From IMG/VR virus record IMGVR_UViG_3300045988_101835: a stretch of 64,000 nt of DNA; one strand, 5' to 3'. Both the position numbers and the translations under genes were made by a program. Of this stretch, positions 1 to 9,047 are shown one piece after another (the first letter of the stretch is position 1; each line of letters starts with the position of its first letter). Source of the stretch: a virus. The notes below the pieces were generated by a model, which was not told the origin of the DNA, searched no databases, and saw only the letters and a list, made by a program, of their open reading frames with translations.

Positions 1-102
1 GGTGACGTTCAGCTTAATCAGGCTACCCCGGAGACCAACTGGCAGTGGCAGTATCAGTTCATTTACCAGTGGCTTGAGAATAAGAACCTTCGTGGGTTGT
101 AG
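1..102 (+). CDS. 3' end of an upstream gene (partial, ...YQWLENKNLRGL*)
   Basis: Frame 1 is open from the window edge to TAG at 100-102. Codon style matches neighbouring genes, and a terminator follows. Confidence 0.4.
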   Translation, partial: GDVQLNQATPETNWQWQYQFIYQWLENKNLRGL

Positions 103-130
103 TTCCGGGTATATTTATCCACTTCTAGGA

Positions 131-180
131 GGCTGTGGGCGTGGGTTGTAGTGTCCCACCTCACAGCTTCCTTTTTTTTT
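131..180 (+). terminator. Two-tier hairpin plus T9 intrinsic terminator
   Basis: GCTGTG/CACAGC outer stem and GTGGG/CCCAC inner stem, followed by ttcc and nine T. Confidence 0.5.
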
Positions 181-195
181 CAGATTGGTGTTACG

Positions 196-732
196 ATGAG
201 TATTAAGATTTCTGCTTTCACTGCTGCGATTCCTGCTCCTTTGACGAAGCGGGATATTACGATGGTGTGGCCTAATTTACCTCAGTCTATGTTTCTTGTT
301 CAGTCGTTGACTTTTCCTACTGAGCAGTATGCTAAGGTTGAGGTTCCGGTTCGCGGTGTTTCTGTTCAGCTTCCGACACAGGTTTTTCAGCCGGGGGACT
401 GGTCTTTCGAGGTTCCGGATAGTAGGTTCACGGCGGTTCGTTACGAGATTGAGCGAGCTTACTACGAGCAGCGTCTTCATAATATTCATCTTATTATGGG
501 GGATGTCTCCAATGTTCTCAACATAGGGAGCGGTGCTTCGTTCTTTAGTAACCTTTTGAATGTAGCATCTGCTGCTGCATCTACGTTGCTTACGGCTTGT
601 ACCTTGTGCGATGCTTTTATTACCGATATCGATCCGGTTCAGTTTTCCGTTGCGGGTTCTGCGGGTGATCCTGTTTTGTGGTCGGTGAAGGTTCACTATA
701 CGTACATTACGAAATTGACTAACGTGGGGTAG
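196..732 (+). CDS. Tail-module structural protein (possible tail tube, about 178 aa)
   Basis: First in-frame ATG of ORF 151..732. Its size and its position upstream of the tape-measure-like gene resemble P2 FII. No diagnostic motif was recognised. Confidence 0.4.
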   Translation: MSIKISAFTAAIPAPLTKRDITMVWPNLPQSMFLVQSLTFPTEQYAKVEVPVRGVSVQLPTQVFQPGDWSFEVPDSRFTAVRYEIERAYYEQRLHNIHLIMGDVSNVLNIGSGASFFSNLLNVASAAASTLLTACTLCDAFITDIDPVQFSVAGSAGDPVLWSVKVHYTYITKLTNVG

Positions 733-736
733 AGTT

Positions 737-1495
737 ATGGGTCGTTTAAGTACTTTGGTTCAGCGTGCTGTTGCTTCGCGTCGTGAGTTCATGAGTCTTT
801 CGGCTTCGGGAGGTTCCTCCGGTACTCGTCATGTCATTGCTCCGCTTTTGCAGGGTGACTTTCGTCTTACGTTTGTGGACGGTAGTGATAGCTCCTTGCA
901 GTGGCATTCCACGGATTTCCTTTTGACGAGTTTGAGTGGTCCGAGTGCTACGTTGTCATGGTCACCACATAGCTCGGTCTTGGGTGTTTCCATGCCGTCT
1001 ATTTCGCAGGATTACTTGACTATCAATTTCTATGTTTCCGGCGACCCGGATTATACTCGCGCTAGTTTCCCGTCTTTGTTTTTGTACAATGATCAGTTTG
1101 CACCTAACGGGGCTTTGCGCTTGCCGTCTTCGGAGTACTTTACTTCCCCCATTACGAGTCGTCCTGTAGGTGAGCAGGCTACCAACGAGAGTATTATCAA
1201 TTCTTTAGGGGGTACGGGTAGCACTTATGTTCGTCCTACGATTATCCTTTACGCTCTTTACCGTCCGAGTGCGGGTGGCAGCTCTATGGAGGATACCCCG
1301 ATTGAGCTTTGCAGGTTCGAGGGCTGCGTTTTTGGGACGCCTACGCCTGCTGTGAATCCGTCTGCGGTTGCTCCTATGACTTGGTCACAGCAAATAGGTT
1401 ACCGTTTCGTTGTTTGGCAGGACGGTACGTTCTTGGGTAAGGCTATTTCGAAGGCCGAGCACCTTCGTTCTTTCCATGTCACGTCTTCAAATTAA
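737..1495 (+). CDS. Hypothetical tail-module protein
   Basis: 252-aa ORF that starts 4 nt after the previous stop. Phage-typical GT-rich codons. Confidence 0.5.
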   Translation: MGRLSTLVQRAVASRREFMSLSASGGSSGTRHVIAPLLQGDFRLTFVDGSDSSLQWHSTDFLLTSLSGPSATLSWSPHSSVLGVSMPSISQDYLTINFYVSGDPDYTRASFPSLFLYNDQFAPNGALRLPSSEYFTSPITSRPVGEQATNESIINSLGGTGSTYVRPTIILYALYRPSAGGSSMEDTPIELCRFEGCVFGTPTPAVNPSAVAPMTWSQQIGYRFVVWQDGTFLGKAISKAEHLRSFHVTSSN

Positions 1496-1499
1496 TTTT

Positions 1500-2762
1500 G
1501 GTAAGGCGATTACATACAATTTTACACAACTGTTTGCAATAAACGTAAAATAATTGTAACTTGCTGCCATGCATAAAGTATTCAAATATCGCATTTATCC
1601 GAACAAGGCTCAGCAGTCCTTGCTCCAAGTGACGTTTGGATGTTGCCGCTTCGTGTATAATAAAACACTTGATATTAGGAAGACGGCTTACGAAACCGAC
1701 AAGACGAAGCTTAGTAAGTTTGACCTCATCAAGAGATTAAAGCCACTTAAAGATGAATTCCCGTGGCTGCGCGACGTGCCGCATGTATGCTTGCCGCAAG
1801 CCGTCTACAACATGGATAGAGCTTACCAGAACTTCTTTAAGTCCGACAAAGGCTATCCGAAGTTCAAGACGAAGCATCGCAGCCGCAAATCTTGCAAATT
1901 CCCGTATCCGTTCTGTGATGTGCTTCAAGAGCAAGCGCGGCTCAAGTTTTCTAAATTAGGTTTAGTCAAGTACAAGAAAGATCGGGAGTTCGTTGGTACT
2001 TTACGACACATTGTGGTTACGCAAGACAGCGATGGTAAGTACTACGCTTCATGTTTGGTGGAGACTACTACGGAGATTCCGGAACCGCAACCTGTCGATG
2101 CCAGTACTACGGTCGGTATCGACTTAGGACTTAAAGACTTTATCGTCACGTCGGACGGACACAAGATACCTAATCCACGTTTCTACGCTACTATCGACCG
2201 TCGTATAGCACGCTTGCAGAAGCACGAAGCTAGAAAGACAAAAGGGTCTAAGCGCCGTGCACACATCCGGCTGAAGATTAACAAACTCTATATTAAGAAA
2301 CGCAATTTAATTAAAAATTATATTTACCATGTTGCCAAGACGTTACTGCGTGAAAGCCAAACGCTAGTAATGGAAGACCTTAATATTGTCGGCATGGTTA
2401 AGAATCATAAGTTAGCTAAATCCATTCAGAACATTTGTTGGGGCGAGCTTCGCAGAGTGTTAGAGTATAAGTCGAAGTGGCTTGGTCACAATCTTATTTT
2501 CATAGATCGTTGGGCGCCGAGTACAAAGACTTGTAGTTGTTGTGGTTTTCACAATTCTACGTTAACACTTTCAGATCGTTCATGGATGTGTCCGGGTTGC
2601 GGTACACAACACGACAGAGATGTTAATGCCGCGCTTAACATCAAGCGTATGGGTTTAGAAACATTACTGCCCGCGGTGAGCGGGTTTGACGGACGTGGAG
2701 AGGTCGGTTACGGCTTCGACGAAGCGTCAATATGTGCGAGTTATTAATTGTATATAATCACC
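1500..2762 (+). mobile_element. TnpB-only IS element, copy 1 (about 1263 bp)
   Basis: The left end GGTAAGGCGATTACATACAAT and right end ATTGTATATAATCACC form an imperfect inverted repeat. Homologous copies lie at 39472, 49771 and 60104. Base composition differs from the phage backbone. Confidence 0.7.
1569..2747 (+). CDS. tnpB: TnpB (IS200/IS605-family OrfB, RuvC-type RNA-guided nuclease)
   Basis: FKYRIYPNKAQ..FGCCRFVYN N-terminus. RuvC residues are VGIDLG (D), VMEDLN (E) and HDRDVNAALN (D). Zinc ribbon is CSCCGF..CPGCG. Confidence 0.9.
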   Translation: MHKVFKYRIYPNKAQQSLLQVTFGCCRFVYNKTLDIRKTAYETDKTKLSKFDLIKRLKPLKDEFPWLRDVPHVCLPQAVYNMDRAYQNFFKSDKGYPKFKTKHRSRKSCKFPYPFCDVLQEQARLKFSKLGLVKYKKDREFVGTLRHIVVTQDSDGKYYASCLVETTTEIPEPQPVDASTTVGIDLGLKDFIVTSDGHKIPNPRFYATIDRRIARLQKHEARKTKGSKRRAHIRLKINKLYIKKRNLIKNYIYHVAKTLLRESQTLVMEDLNIVGMVKNHKLAKSIQNICWGELRRVLEYKSKWLGHNLIFIDRWAPSTKTCSCCGFHNSTLTLSDRSWMCPGCGTQHDRDVNAALNIKRMGLETLLPAVSGFDGRGEVGYGFDEASICASY

Positions 2763-2778
2763 TTTCATATGATAGTTC
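2670..2778 (+). ncRNA. Putative omega-RNA (reRNA) scaffold plus flank-derived guide, copy 1
   Basis: Two stem-loops, CCCGC-ggtga-GCGGG (2670-2684) and GAGGTCG-gtta-CGGCTTC (2700-2717), show compensatory changes among copies. The 5' limit is unknown. The guide is assumed to start after ..TCACC at 2762. Confidence 0.45.
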
Positions 2779-3593
2779 AGCTTCCGTCTAATGGTATCTT
2801 TGGTCTCACGCAGACTGTTTTAAACACGCCGCTTGTCGGTCATCTTTCCCAGCTTGCTTCTACGGATTACACGGAGGAGCAGATTCGTCAGGAGTTTGTT
2901 CGTATGCTTCTGGCTCACCCGGAGGACCTTGAGCGCATGACTATCTGCGACCGCGATTACTTGTTCATGATCGCTGCGTCGGGTGTTTGTATGAACCAGA
3001 TCACTACGGACTTTGTTTGTCCTGTGTGTAAGGATGGTGGCAAGGACGTTGTCAGCTCTGTTGTTTATGACATTACTCAGCAGGAGGTTATTGAGCTTGC
3101 GCCTAAGACGCCGTCGGAGGTTAAGAAGACTTGGGATGACTTGGGTGTGGAGTATACTTACCGTATTCTCCGTGCTTCGGACGAGGAGCGCTTGGTCGAA
3201 TATGCTTTAGCCGATTACGATCATTACAGTCTTCGTTATGAGCAGGCTTTCATGGCTGCTACGCTTGGTCAGGATTGTAGCGATAATGAGGCTATCGCTA
3301 AAGGTATTGACGTCATTAGTCAGTATCCGTTAGCGGTTTACTTCTCGGCGTTACTGTTCACGCAGGTTGCGTTTCATGGTGTTCGTCCGAGTATAATGGG
3401 TAAGTGTCACGAGTGCGGTCGTGATGTTAAGGTTTTGGTTCCTTTTGGGGATACGGTTAAGATGCTTGACTCTGCACGTCTTGTTAACCGTTTCTCTCAG
3501 ATTTCACATATGGTTGACTTCAAGTCTTTCTTGGAGCTTTCTATGCCTATGCTTGCGCAGTTTGAGGCGAATGCGCGTGCTCAGGCTAAGTAG
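2769..3593 (+). CDS. Zn-ribbon protein upstream of the tape-measure-like gene (possible tail assembly chaperone)
   Basis: ATG at 2769 lies 7 nt after the IS right end. Contains CPVCKDGG...CHECGRD cysteine pairs. The functional call rests on position only. Confidence 0.45.
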   Translation: MIVQLPSNGIFGLTQTVLNTPLVGHLSQLASTDYTEEQIRQEFVRMLLAHPEDLERMTICDRDYLFMIAASGVCMNQITTDFVCPVCKDGGKDVVSSVVYDITQQEVIELAPKTPSEVKKTWDDLGVEYTYRILRASDEERLVEYALADYDHYSLRYEQAFMAATLGQDCSDNEAIAKGIDVISQYPLAVYFSALLFTQVAFHGVRPSIMGKCHECGRDVKVLVPFGDTVKMLDSARLVNRFSQISHMVDFKSFLELSMPMLAQFEANARAQAK

Positions 3594-3605
3594 TGGTGTT
3601 GTTAT

Positions 3606-6050
3606 ATGGCGTCGGACGAGAAGTTTAAAATTAGCGGCCTGAATGCCGCACTGGATGAGTATTTGGAGAAGATTGACAAGGTCAATCTTAGCCGCAAGGA
3701 CCTTCTTGCCAACAAGGAGCTTCTGGAGGATTCCTTGAAGTTGCTGGCTTCGCTGGATGATAAGATGAAGACGATTGAGTCTTCGTCTGCTTCGTCTTCC
3801 GAGAAGTCAGCCCGTTTAGCTTTGCTTGATAGCATCCGTTCTAACGTCATGTCGGGGAAGCCCGTTGATTCGTTGCTTACACAGGAGTCCCGTATTTCGG
3901 ATTTAGCACGCCGGGGTTCGGGTGCTGCATCGTTTCCGCGCATTTCCTCTAGTGAGCGTGTTGGTCTTCTGCGTGTTTCGGAGCGTGTTGCCGCCGCGGG
4001 GTTAGGTTCTACGCTTGGGGGCTTGTCTCCCCGCCAGCTTGATGCTATGCTTTCGTGGGCTACCCGCTCGGGCGGTGGTCCGGGTCGGTCCGGCATGAGT
4101 GCTGCTTTACAGTCGAGTGCTTTTGAGCTTGGTAGCAGCTTGACTTCGGGTGGCACGTGGGATCGCCTTCGTTCCACGTCTGATGATCATCTTATTGATT
4201 CTTTGGACGAGGCTGAGCGTGAGGAGAAGTTCGATCAGTCGGTGGCTACTATTCAGACTACGTCGGATGCGATCCTTGCTTCTTTGGGCAAGCCTACGAA
4301 GGGTGCGCCAGCGCGCCTTGAGCCTAGACAGGCAAAGCCGTCTAAGAGTGGCCGTGGTGATTGGTGGTCCACTTTGAAGTTGCTGGGCGGCATTGCGGGG
4401 ACGGTTGGCGTTCTGTATGGTCTTTTCAGCAATCAGAAGGTTCAGCAGTGGTTGAACGATGTTCTTCTCAATCCGGATAAGTGGAAGGAGTGGGGCGATA
4501 AGATAGATGCTATCTGGAATCGTCTTGGAGATGTATTCAACTTGGTTATGTCTTCTACCAAGTCTACCCGTGATGCTACTATTGCTTCTGCTAACGCAGG
4601 GTATGAGCTTTATAAGAGCATGGATTCCGATTTGCAGGGTTATGTTAATAGCTTCAATAGGGATGTTGGAGGTATGCAGCCGATGCGTGTTCTCGGCTTA
4701 TCGGATATTGATCGTTCTGTTGCTGCGTCGGGGGTTGACGAGGCTTTGTCTGCTGCTGCTAAGCTAGGGTTCGGTGCTTTGGGTGCAGGCGTTGTACTGA
4801 AGAAGGGTTTATCTGCCTTGTACGCTGGTGGTCCTGCGAGTGCTGCTGCTTTGGCGTTGTTCTCCATTAAGGCGTGGTCTGAGATTAAGGAGACTCAGCG
4901 CAAGACTTTTAATATTGTCTCTGCCGCGTGGGCCGTTGAGCATGGCTTAGCCGCGGCTTATCTTTTCACTGAGGGTTCGGGGTCGTCTCCGTCGTTGGTT
5001 GCTTTGGGTAAGATCGAGGATGCTTCTGGGACGACTTCCTATGATTCCTTGTCTCCCCAAGAGCAGATGGGCTACTCCACATCGTTGTTGCTTCAGGTAG
5101 AGTCGGAGCGCCAGCGATCTAATTCTTATGCTTTGCTGTCTTCTGCTTTCTCATCCAATCCTGCTATGTATGCAGAGTTGGTCTTGGGTAAGTCTGGTTT
5201 GTCGCCCGACGCTGCTCGTGGTGAGCTTATGGATTGGCTGAGTAAGTCTTCTCCGGAGGAGCGTCGTGCTTTCCTTGCTCAGCATCCTGAGATTTATCGG
5301 ATGATTACGAGTGGTAACGTTGGTCTTGAGCTTGGTCGCCCTGCAGATTATTTAGGTCGTGCAAATGGTATGTATTCCCATTTGTTCTTTAATACTGTAG
5401 ACAGTGCTATGGCTGCGAGTGCTCAGGGTTACGAAGGTGGTGAGTCAGACCCGGCCTTTGTAGAGGCTTGGGATAAGATTGCTCGCGGTGAGGTTAACGT
5501 AGCACCATCCGGTCGTGGCTTGCTTCGCACTGCGGACATGCAGCGTCAGTATGATGCTTTGCGCGATCCGCGCGTGGTAGGTTATCAGACTGCGGCTTCA
5601 TTCAATATCCTCAGTATGTTTGCAGGTGATAATGTGGATGCTGGGATAATGAAGTTAGGTATGAAGGGCGCTACGGGTCGCCGTGCATCTGCAGGAGCTT
5701 TGGCAGACTTCCAGCGTGCTTTGGCGTTGCGTAACATTCGTCTTCGTGGAGGTGATTCTGCGGTGGTACCTGAACTTCAGCTTTCCACTTTCTTGCCTAG
5801 TATTGCGGGGTCTATACAGACTACGACGAGTTCTGCTGCTCCGAAGCTGGAGGAGTATGTTTCTGCTTCCGATTTAAAGTTGGATGCTTTGCTGTACAAG
5901 GTTGACACTTTAGCCCATCAGTTGGATGTCCTTCGTGAGTATCGGGCATCGTCACCGTCGACCTCTGAGGGTTCCGGCAATGCTACTATGGTCAATAACA
6001 ATTCTACCACGGTCATTCGTACCGCTAACGATCCTACAGGCTCTATGTAA
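3606..6050 (+). CDS. Tape-measure-like protein (814 aa)
   Basis: Coiled-coil N-terminus and a Gly/Ala-rich hydrophobic segment (WWSTLKLLGGIAGTVGVLYGLF). Its size and position match P2 gpT-like genes. Confidence 0.5.
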   Translation: MASDEKFKISGLNAALDEYLEKIDKVNLSRKDLLANKELLEDSLKLLASLDDKMKTIESSSASSSEKSARLALLDSIRSNVMSGKPVDSLLTQESRISDLARRGSGAASFPRISSSERVGLLRVSERVAAAGLGSTLGGLSPRQLDAMLSWATRSGGGPGRSGMSAALQSSAFELGSSLTSGGTWDRLRSTSDDHLIDSLDEAEREEKFDQSVATIQTTSDAILASLGKPTKGAPARLEPRQAKPSKSGRGDWWSTLKLLGGIAGTVGVLYGLFSNQKVQQWLNDVLLNPDKWKEWGDKIDAIWNRLGDVFNLVMSSTKSTRDATIASANAGYELYKSMDSDLQGYVNSFNRDVGGMQPMRVLGLSDIDRSVAASGVDEALSAAAKLGFGALGAGVVLKKGLSALYAGGPASAAALALFSIKAWSEIKETQRKTFNIVSAAWAVEHGLAAAYLFTEGSGSSPSLVALGKIEDASGTTSYDSLSPQEQMGYSTSLLLQVESERQRSNSYALLSSAFSSNPAMYAELVLGKSGLSPDAARGELMDWLSKSSPEERRAFLAQHPEIYRMITSGNVGLELGRPADYLGRANGMYSHLFFNTVDSAMAASAQGYEGGESDPAFVEAWDKIARGEVNVAPSGRGLLRTADMQRQYDALRDPRVVGYQTAASFNILSMFAGDNVDAGIMKLGMKGATGRRASAGALADFQRALALRNIRLRGGDSAVVPELQLSTFLPSIAGSIQTTTSSAAPKLEEYVSASDLKLDALLYKVDTLAHQLDVLREYRASSPSTSEGSGNATMVNNNSTTVIRTANDPTGSM

Positions 6051-7621
6051 TGCAGAGGGCAGAGGTTGACATACAGGGTGCGGGTGTTGATGCTTTTCTG
6101 GCTCTTTCCGCAGAGACGCTGCAGGTCTGGGCTGCGGCTATGGCCCAACTGTCTTCGGAGGATGTTGCGGATGCAGAGCTGCCTGCCATGTCTCCGTCTG
6201 CCTTACGTGCTTACATTGAGTCTCATGACATAGATGATGTTGCGGATGATGCCGAGCGTTCTGCTTCTACGGATGATGACGAGGATGGCGGTGGGGTTCT
6301 AGGCTGGCTTCTGCGTCGTGCGGGGAGTGCTGCTATTCCTGCGTCGGTTAAGGCGGGCCTTGCTCTTTTGGATATTGTGATGTCTGTAGGTCAGGCTGCC
6401 TTGTGGGGTTTTCTCCTGTTTGGCGGCTTCAAATTGATCCACCGGGCATCTATCGCCAAGTTAAAGATCGACGGCTCAGAATCTGATTTTACGACGGAGT
6501 GGGCTTTGGTTCCTACGTGGTTTTCGGAACTTGCCACCGGGTCCGGGGGTGGTGCAGTTGTTCGAGGTACTCGGGCTTACTCGGAGGTTCAGGGCTATGT
6601 TGGTTCTGAGTTATATAAGCTTCTTGTCGGTGAGGAGTACGCCCGTGAGGATAAGGGTGTTGTTTCTACCGAGTATGGTATTATTGACTCACTTCATAGT
6701 AGACCTCACTCTGGTCTTGATTTGCGTATTGCTGGAGGCACTCCTTTGCGGTCTTTAGGTGATGGTGTTGTGACTCGCGTCTGGGAGGGCGGTTCAGGCG
6801 GCAAATCGCTCCAGATTACGCTTGATAACGGCATAGTGATAGGCATGGCCCACCTGCAGGACAATTCGCTTGTTCCGGTGGGCACACGTGTCCGCAAAGG
6901 GGACGTTGTAGCCGTTTCCGGTAATACGGGTACACATACTACTGGTGCTCATCTTCATATTACTTTCCGGCGTGCTTCGAATATGGGTTCGACGGTTAAT
7001 CCTGCTTCCATCATGCCGGAGTTAGGTATTTCAGTTCCTATGGCACAGACATCTTCTTTTCCGGCAGATAGACAGGCTCAGGGTTATTCTATTACTCTAG
7101 GTTCCTCCTTAGCTAAGAATGCTTATAATTTGACAGGCTTGCAGGCTTTCGGCACACAGTGGAAAGGCAAGTCGGGTACGGTTCAAGCTTCTGGGGGTCG
7201 TGTTTTCGAGCGCTTCACTTCTCCGGAGTGGAGTCTTCGTGCTACTATGGGTACCCTTTTGAACTACCAGACTCGGAAGGACATTTCCCGGTCTGGGGGT
7301 GCTTGGACTACCATTGGTGATATTTCCCGTATGTATGTAGGCGGAGGTTACACGAACCGTCCGGCTTACGAAGGGGATGATATTGTTCAGTATGCCCGTA
7401 ACATTTCGGAGTTTTCCGGTTATGGTGTTGATGAGCGTATTGATGTTCGCCGTCCGGAGGTCATTGAGAAGCTCACACAGGCTATTGCCCGTCAGGAGTC
7501 TTTTTCGATTGTTTCGGATACGGCTATTAAGCAGGTTCGTGCTGTTGCTTTCAATGACTTCTCGTCGGCAGTGAATAAGCAGGATGTTTCGGGGCTTAGT
7601 TCCAACTATCAGAAGTTTTGA
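6050..7621 (+). CDS. Tail-associated peptidoglycan hydrolase with M23 peptidase domain
   Basis: HSGLDL (HxxxD) and GNTGTHTTGAHLH (HxH) LytM/M23 motifs, plus an N-terminal TM segment. TAATG overlap with the previous gene. Confidence 0.75.
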   Translation: MQRAEVDIQGAGVDAFLALSAETLQVWAAAMAQLSSEDVADAELPAMSPSALRAYIESHDIDDVADDAERSASTDDDEDGGGVLGWLLRRAGSAAIPASVKAGLALLDIVMSVGQAALWGFLLFGGFKLIHRASIAKLKIDGSESDFTTEWALVPTWFSELATGSGGGAVVRGTRAYSEVQGYVGSELYKLLVGEEYAREDKGVVSTEYGIIDSLHSRPHSGLDLRIAGGTPLRSLGDGVVTRVWEGGSGGKSLQITLDNGIVIGMAHLQDNSLVPVGTRVRKGDVVAVSGNTGTHTTGAHLHITFRRASNMGSTVNPASIMPELGISVPMAQTSSFPADRQAQGYSITLGSSLAKNAYNLTGLQAFGTQWKGKSGTVQASGGRVFERFTSPEWSLRATMGTLLNYQTRKDISRSGGAWTTIGDISRMYVGGGYTNRPAYEGDDIVQYARNISEFSGYGVDERIDVRRPEVIEKLTQAIARQESFSIVSDTAIKQVRAVAFNDFSSAVNKQDVSGLSSNYQKF

Positions 7622-7668
7622 CGAGCACATACGTATATGTAGGGACTTACTATTTTATTACGATGACA

Positions 7669-7700
7669 GGCCGGGGCTTTCCTCGGCCTTCGTTGTGGTT
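7669..7700 (+). terminator. GC-rich hairpin terminator
   Basis: GGCCGGGG-cttt-CCTCGGCC 8-bp stem followed by a T/G-rich tail. Confidence 0.45.
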
Positions 7701-7790
7701 TATGGGGGTTATGCGGGGTTGTGAGTTGTGAGTTGTGGGTTGTGCGGGTTCCGGTATGTTGTGTGGATTTGGTTTCGGCCTTCGTTGTGG
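7683..7790 (+). repeat. GT-rich intergenic repeat block
   Basis: 16-nt direct repeat TCGGCCTTCGTTGTGG at 7683-7698 and 7775-7790. It flanks four tandem heptamers GTTGTGN at 7718-7745. Confidence 0.7.
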
Positions 7791-7845
7791 GTTCCGGGTT
7801 TTACTTAGGGTTGTGTATGCCGTATGGTTGTGGTGTTGGTTTTAA

Positions 7846-7859
7846 GCAATTATATATCC
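7846..7859 (+). promoter_or_regulatory. Conserved late-gene motif GCAATTATATATCC
   Basis: One of eight near-identical copies, each 13-27 nt upstream of a start codon and usually just after a terminator. Confidence 0.45.
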
Positions 7860-7875
7860 TAGAAATAGTTTTGTG

Positions 7876-8793
7876 ATGTCATTGAGTGTCCAACAGATCC
7901 GGGATTTAAATAAGATACGGCTTTTTGTTACGAGCTGTAGTGATCCTGCAGGTGAGTACTCCGATGGTAGTTCTAGCACTGCTGGTGTTTGGAGCTTCGG
8001 TATGTACTCTGAGGGTGGTCTTGGTCTTGAGGCACCTATCAAGACGACGTCTGTCTTCGGTGCGCTTCCGGGTAGTGGCTTCGGTGATACTATTGTTGGT
8101 CAGACTTTGGGTTCTGCGCTTCAGGTTGGCTGGGGTTTGGTTCCTCAGGTTGACTATCCCCATAAGTTTAAGTTTCAGGGTAGCGAGCCTTTGAGTTTTA
8201 GTGTTAAGTGCTACTTGGTTTTGGAGACGAGCGTGCAGCATGATTTCTTTGCCCCTTTGCTTCGGTTGTTTTTCCTTACTTACCCTCGTCGTACTACCGA
8301 TCCTGATTCGGGTGCTGCTATTAGTGTTCAGGATTGGTTCCGTGATCATGCTTCGGAGTTGGACGCTTCTATTCAGGATTGGATTTCGGCCTTAAATACT
8401 CCGTCTACACGTAATATTTACGATTTTCTCAGTAAGCTTTCGTCGGGCGCTGCGGACGCTGTTTCTGGTGTTGCGGACTTCGTTGATAAGTATGTAGGTA
8501 GTGTTTATCCTTTGGTTACGCCTCCTACGTTTCGGACTAGGGGTAGTAATACACCTAGTCGTTTTCCGTGGGGTGGTCAGGTAAGATATTACCAGACTTC
8601 GGGTAGCGGTTTGGCTTTGGGTTACGGTCGGACTTATGTTGATGATGTTTTCATCCGTAGTTTGAGTGTTCGTATTCCGGAGTTGTATTATGACGGTGGT
8701 TTTCCGCAGGTTATAGAGGTTGACCTGTCGTTTGAGACGTTGCGTGTTGCTACTGCGGATATGCTTTACGGTGCGGTTACGGGTCGTCTTTAG
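7876..8793 (+). CDS. Hypothetical tail/baseplate-module protein
   Basis: ATG follows the GTG at 7873. 305 aa, sited between the M23 protein and the gpX-like gene. Confidence 0.55.
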   Translation: MSLSVQQIRDLNKIRLFVTSCSDPAGEYSDGSSSTAGVWSFGMYSEGGLGLEAPIKTTSVFGALPGSGFGDTIVGQTLGSALQVGWGLVPQVDYPHKFKFQGSEPLSFSVKCYLVLETSVQHDFFAPLLRLFFLTYPRRTTDPDSGAAISVQDWFRDHASELDASIQDWISALNTPSTRNIYDFLSKLSSGAADAVSGVADFVDKYVGSVYPLVTPPTFRTRGSNTPSRFPWGGQVRYYQTSGSGLALGYGRTYVDDVFIRSLSVRIPELYYDGGFPQVIEVDLSFETLRVATADMLYGAVTGRL

Positions 8794-8811
8794 TTTAAAA
8801 ATCTTTTTGTA

Positions 8812-9036
8812 ATGACTATTGAGGAGGCTTATCAGAGTTACGGGAGTCTTACATATGAGACGAGTGTCGGGTGCAATCTGTTATGGTTGTGCCGTGAGTT
8901 GTACGGGAGTGATTCTAGTTATTACCGCAGGATTCTTCGCGTATTGAATCCTCGTATTAACTGGCTTTCTATTCCTAGCGGTGTTTCTATAAGTTATCTG
9001 AGTCCGGACATTGTTTCGGGCTTGAGTTTGCAGTAG
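8812..9036 (+). CDS. Tail protein X-like (LysM-like fold)
   Basis: 74 aa. The pattern LLWLCRELYGSDSSYYRRILRVLNP...IPSGVSISYL resembles P2 gpX/LysM. Confidence 0.5.
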   Translation: MTIEEAYQSYGSLTYETSVGCNLLWLCRELYGSDSSYYRRILRVLNPRINWLSIPSGVSISYLSPDIVSGLSLQ

Positions 9037-9047
9037 GGGTCTATGTT

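Noticed and set aside
109-120. GTATATTTATCC at 109-120 as a ninth late promoter.
   Set aside because: It is degenerate and lies upstream of a hairpin+T9 terminator (131-180) rather than downstream of one, so it does not fit the architecture of the other eight copies.
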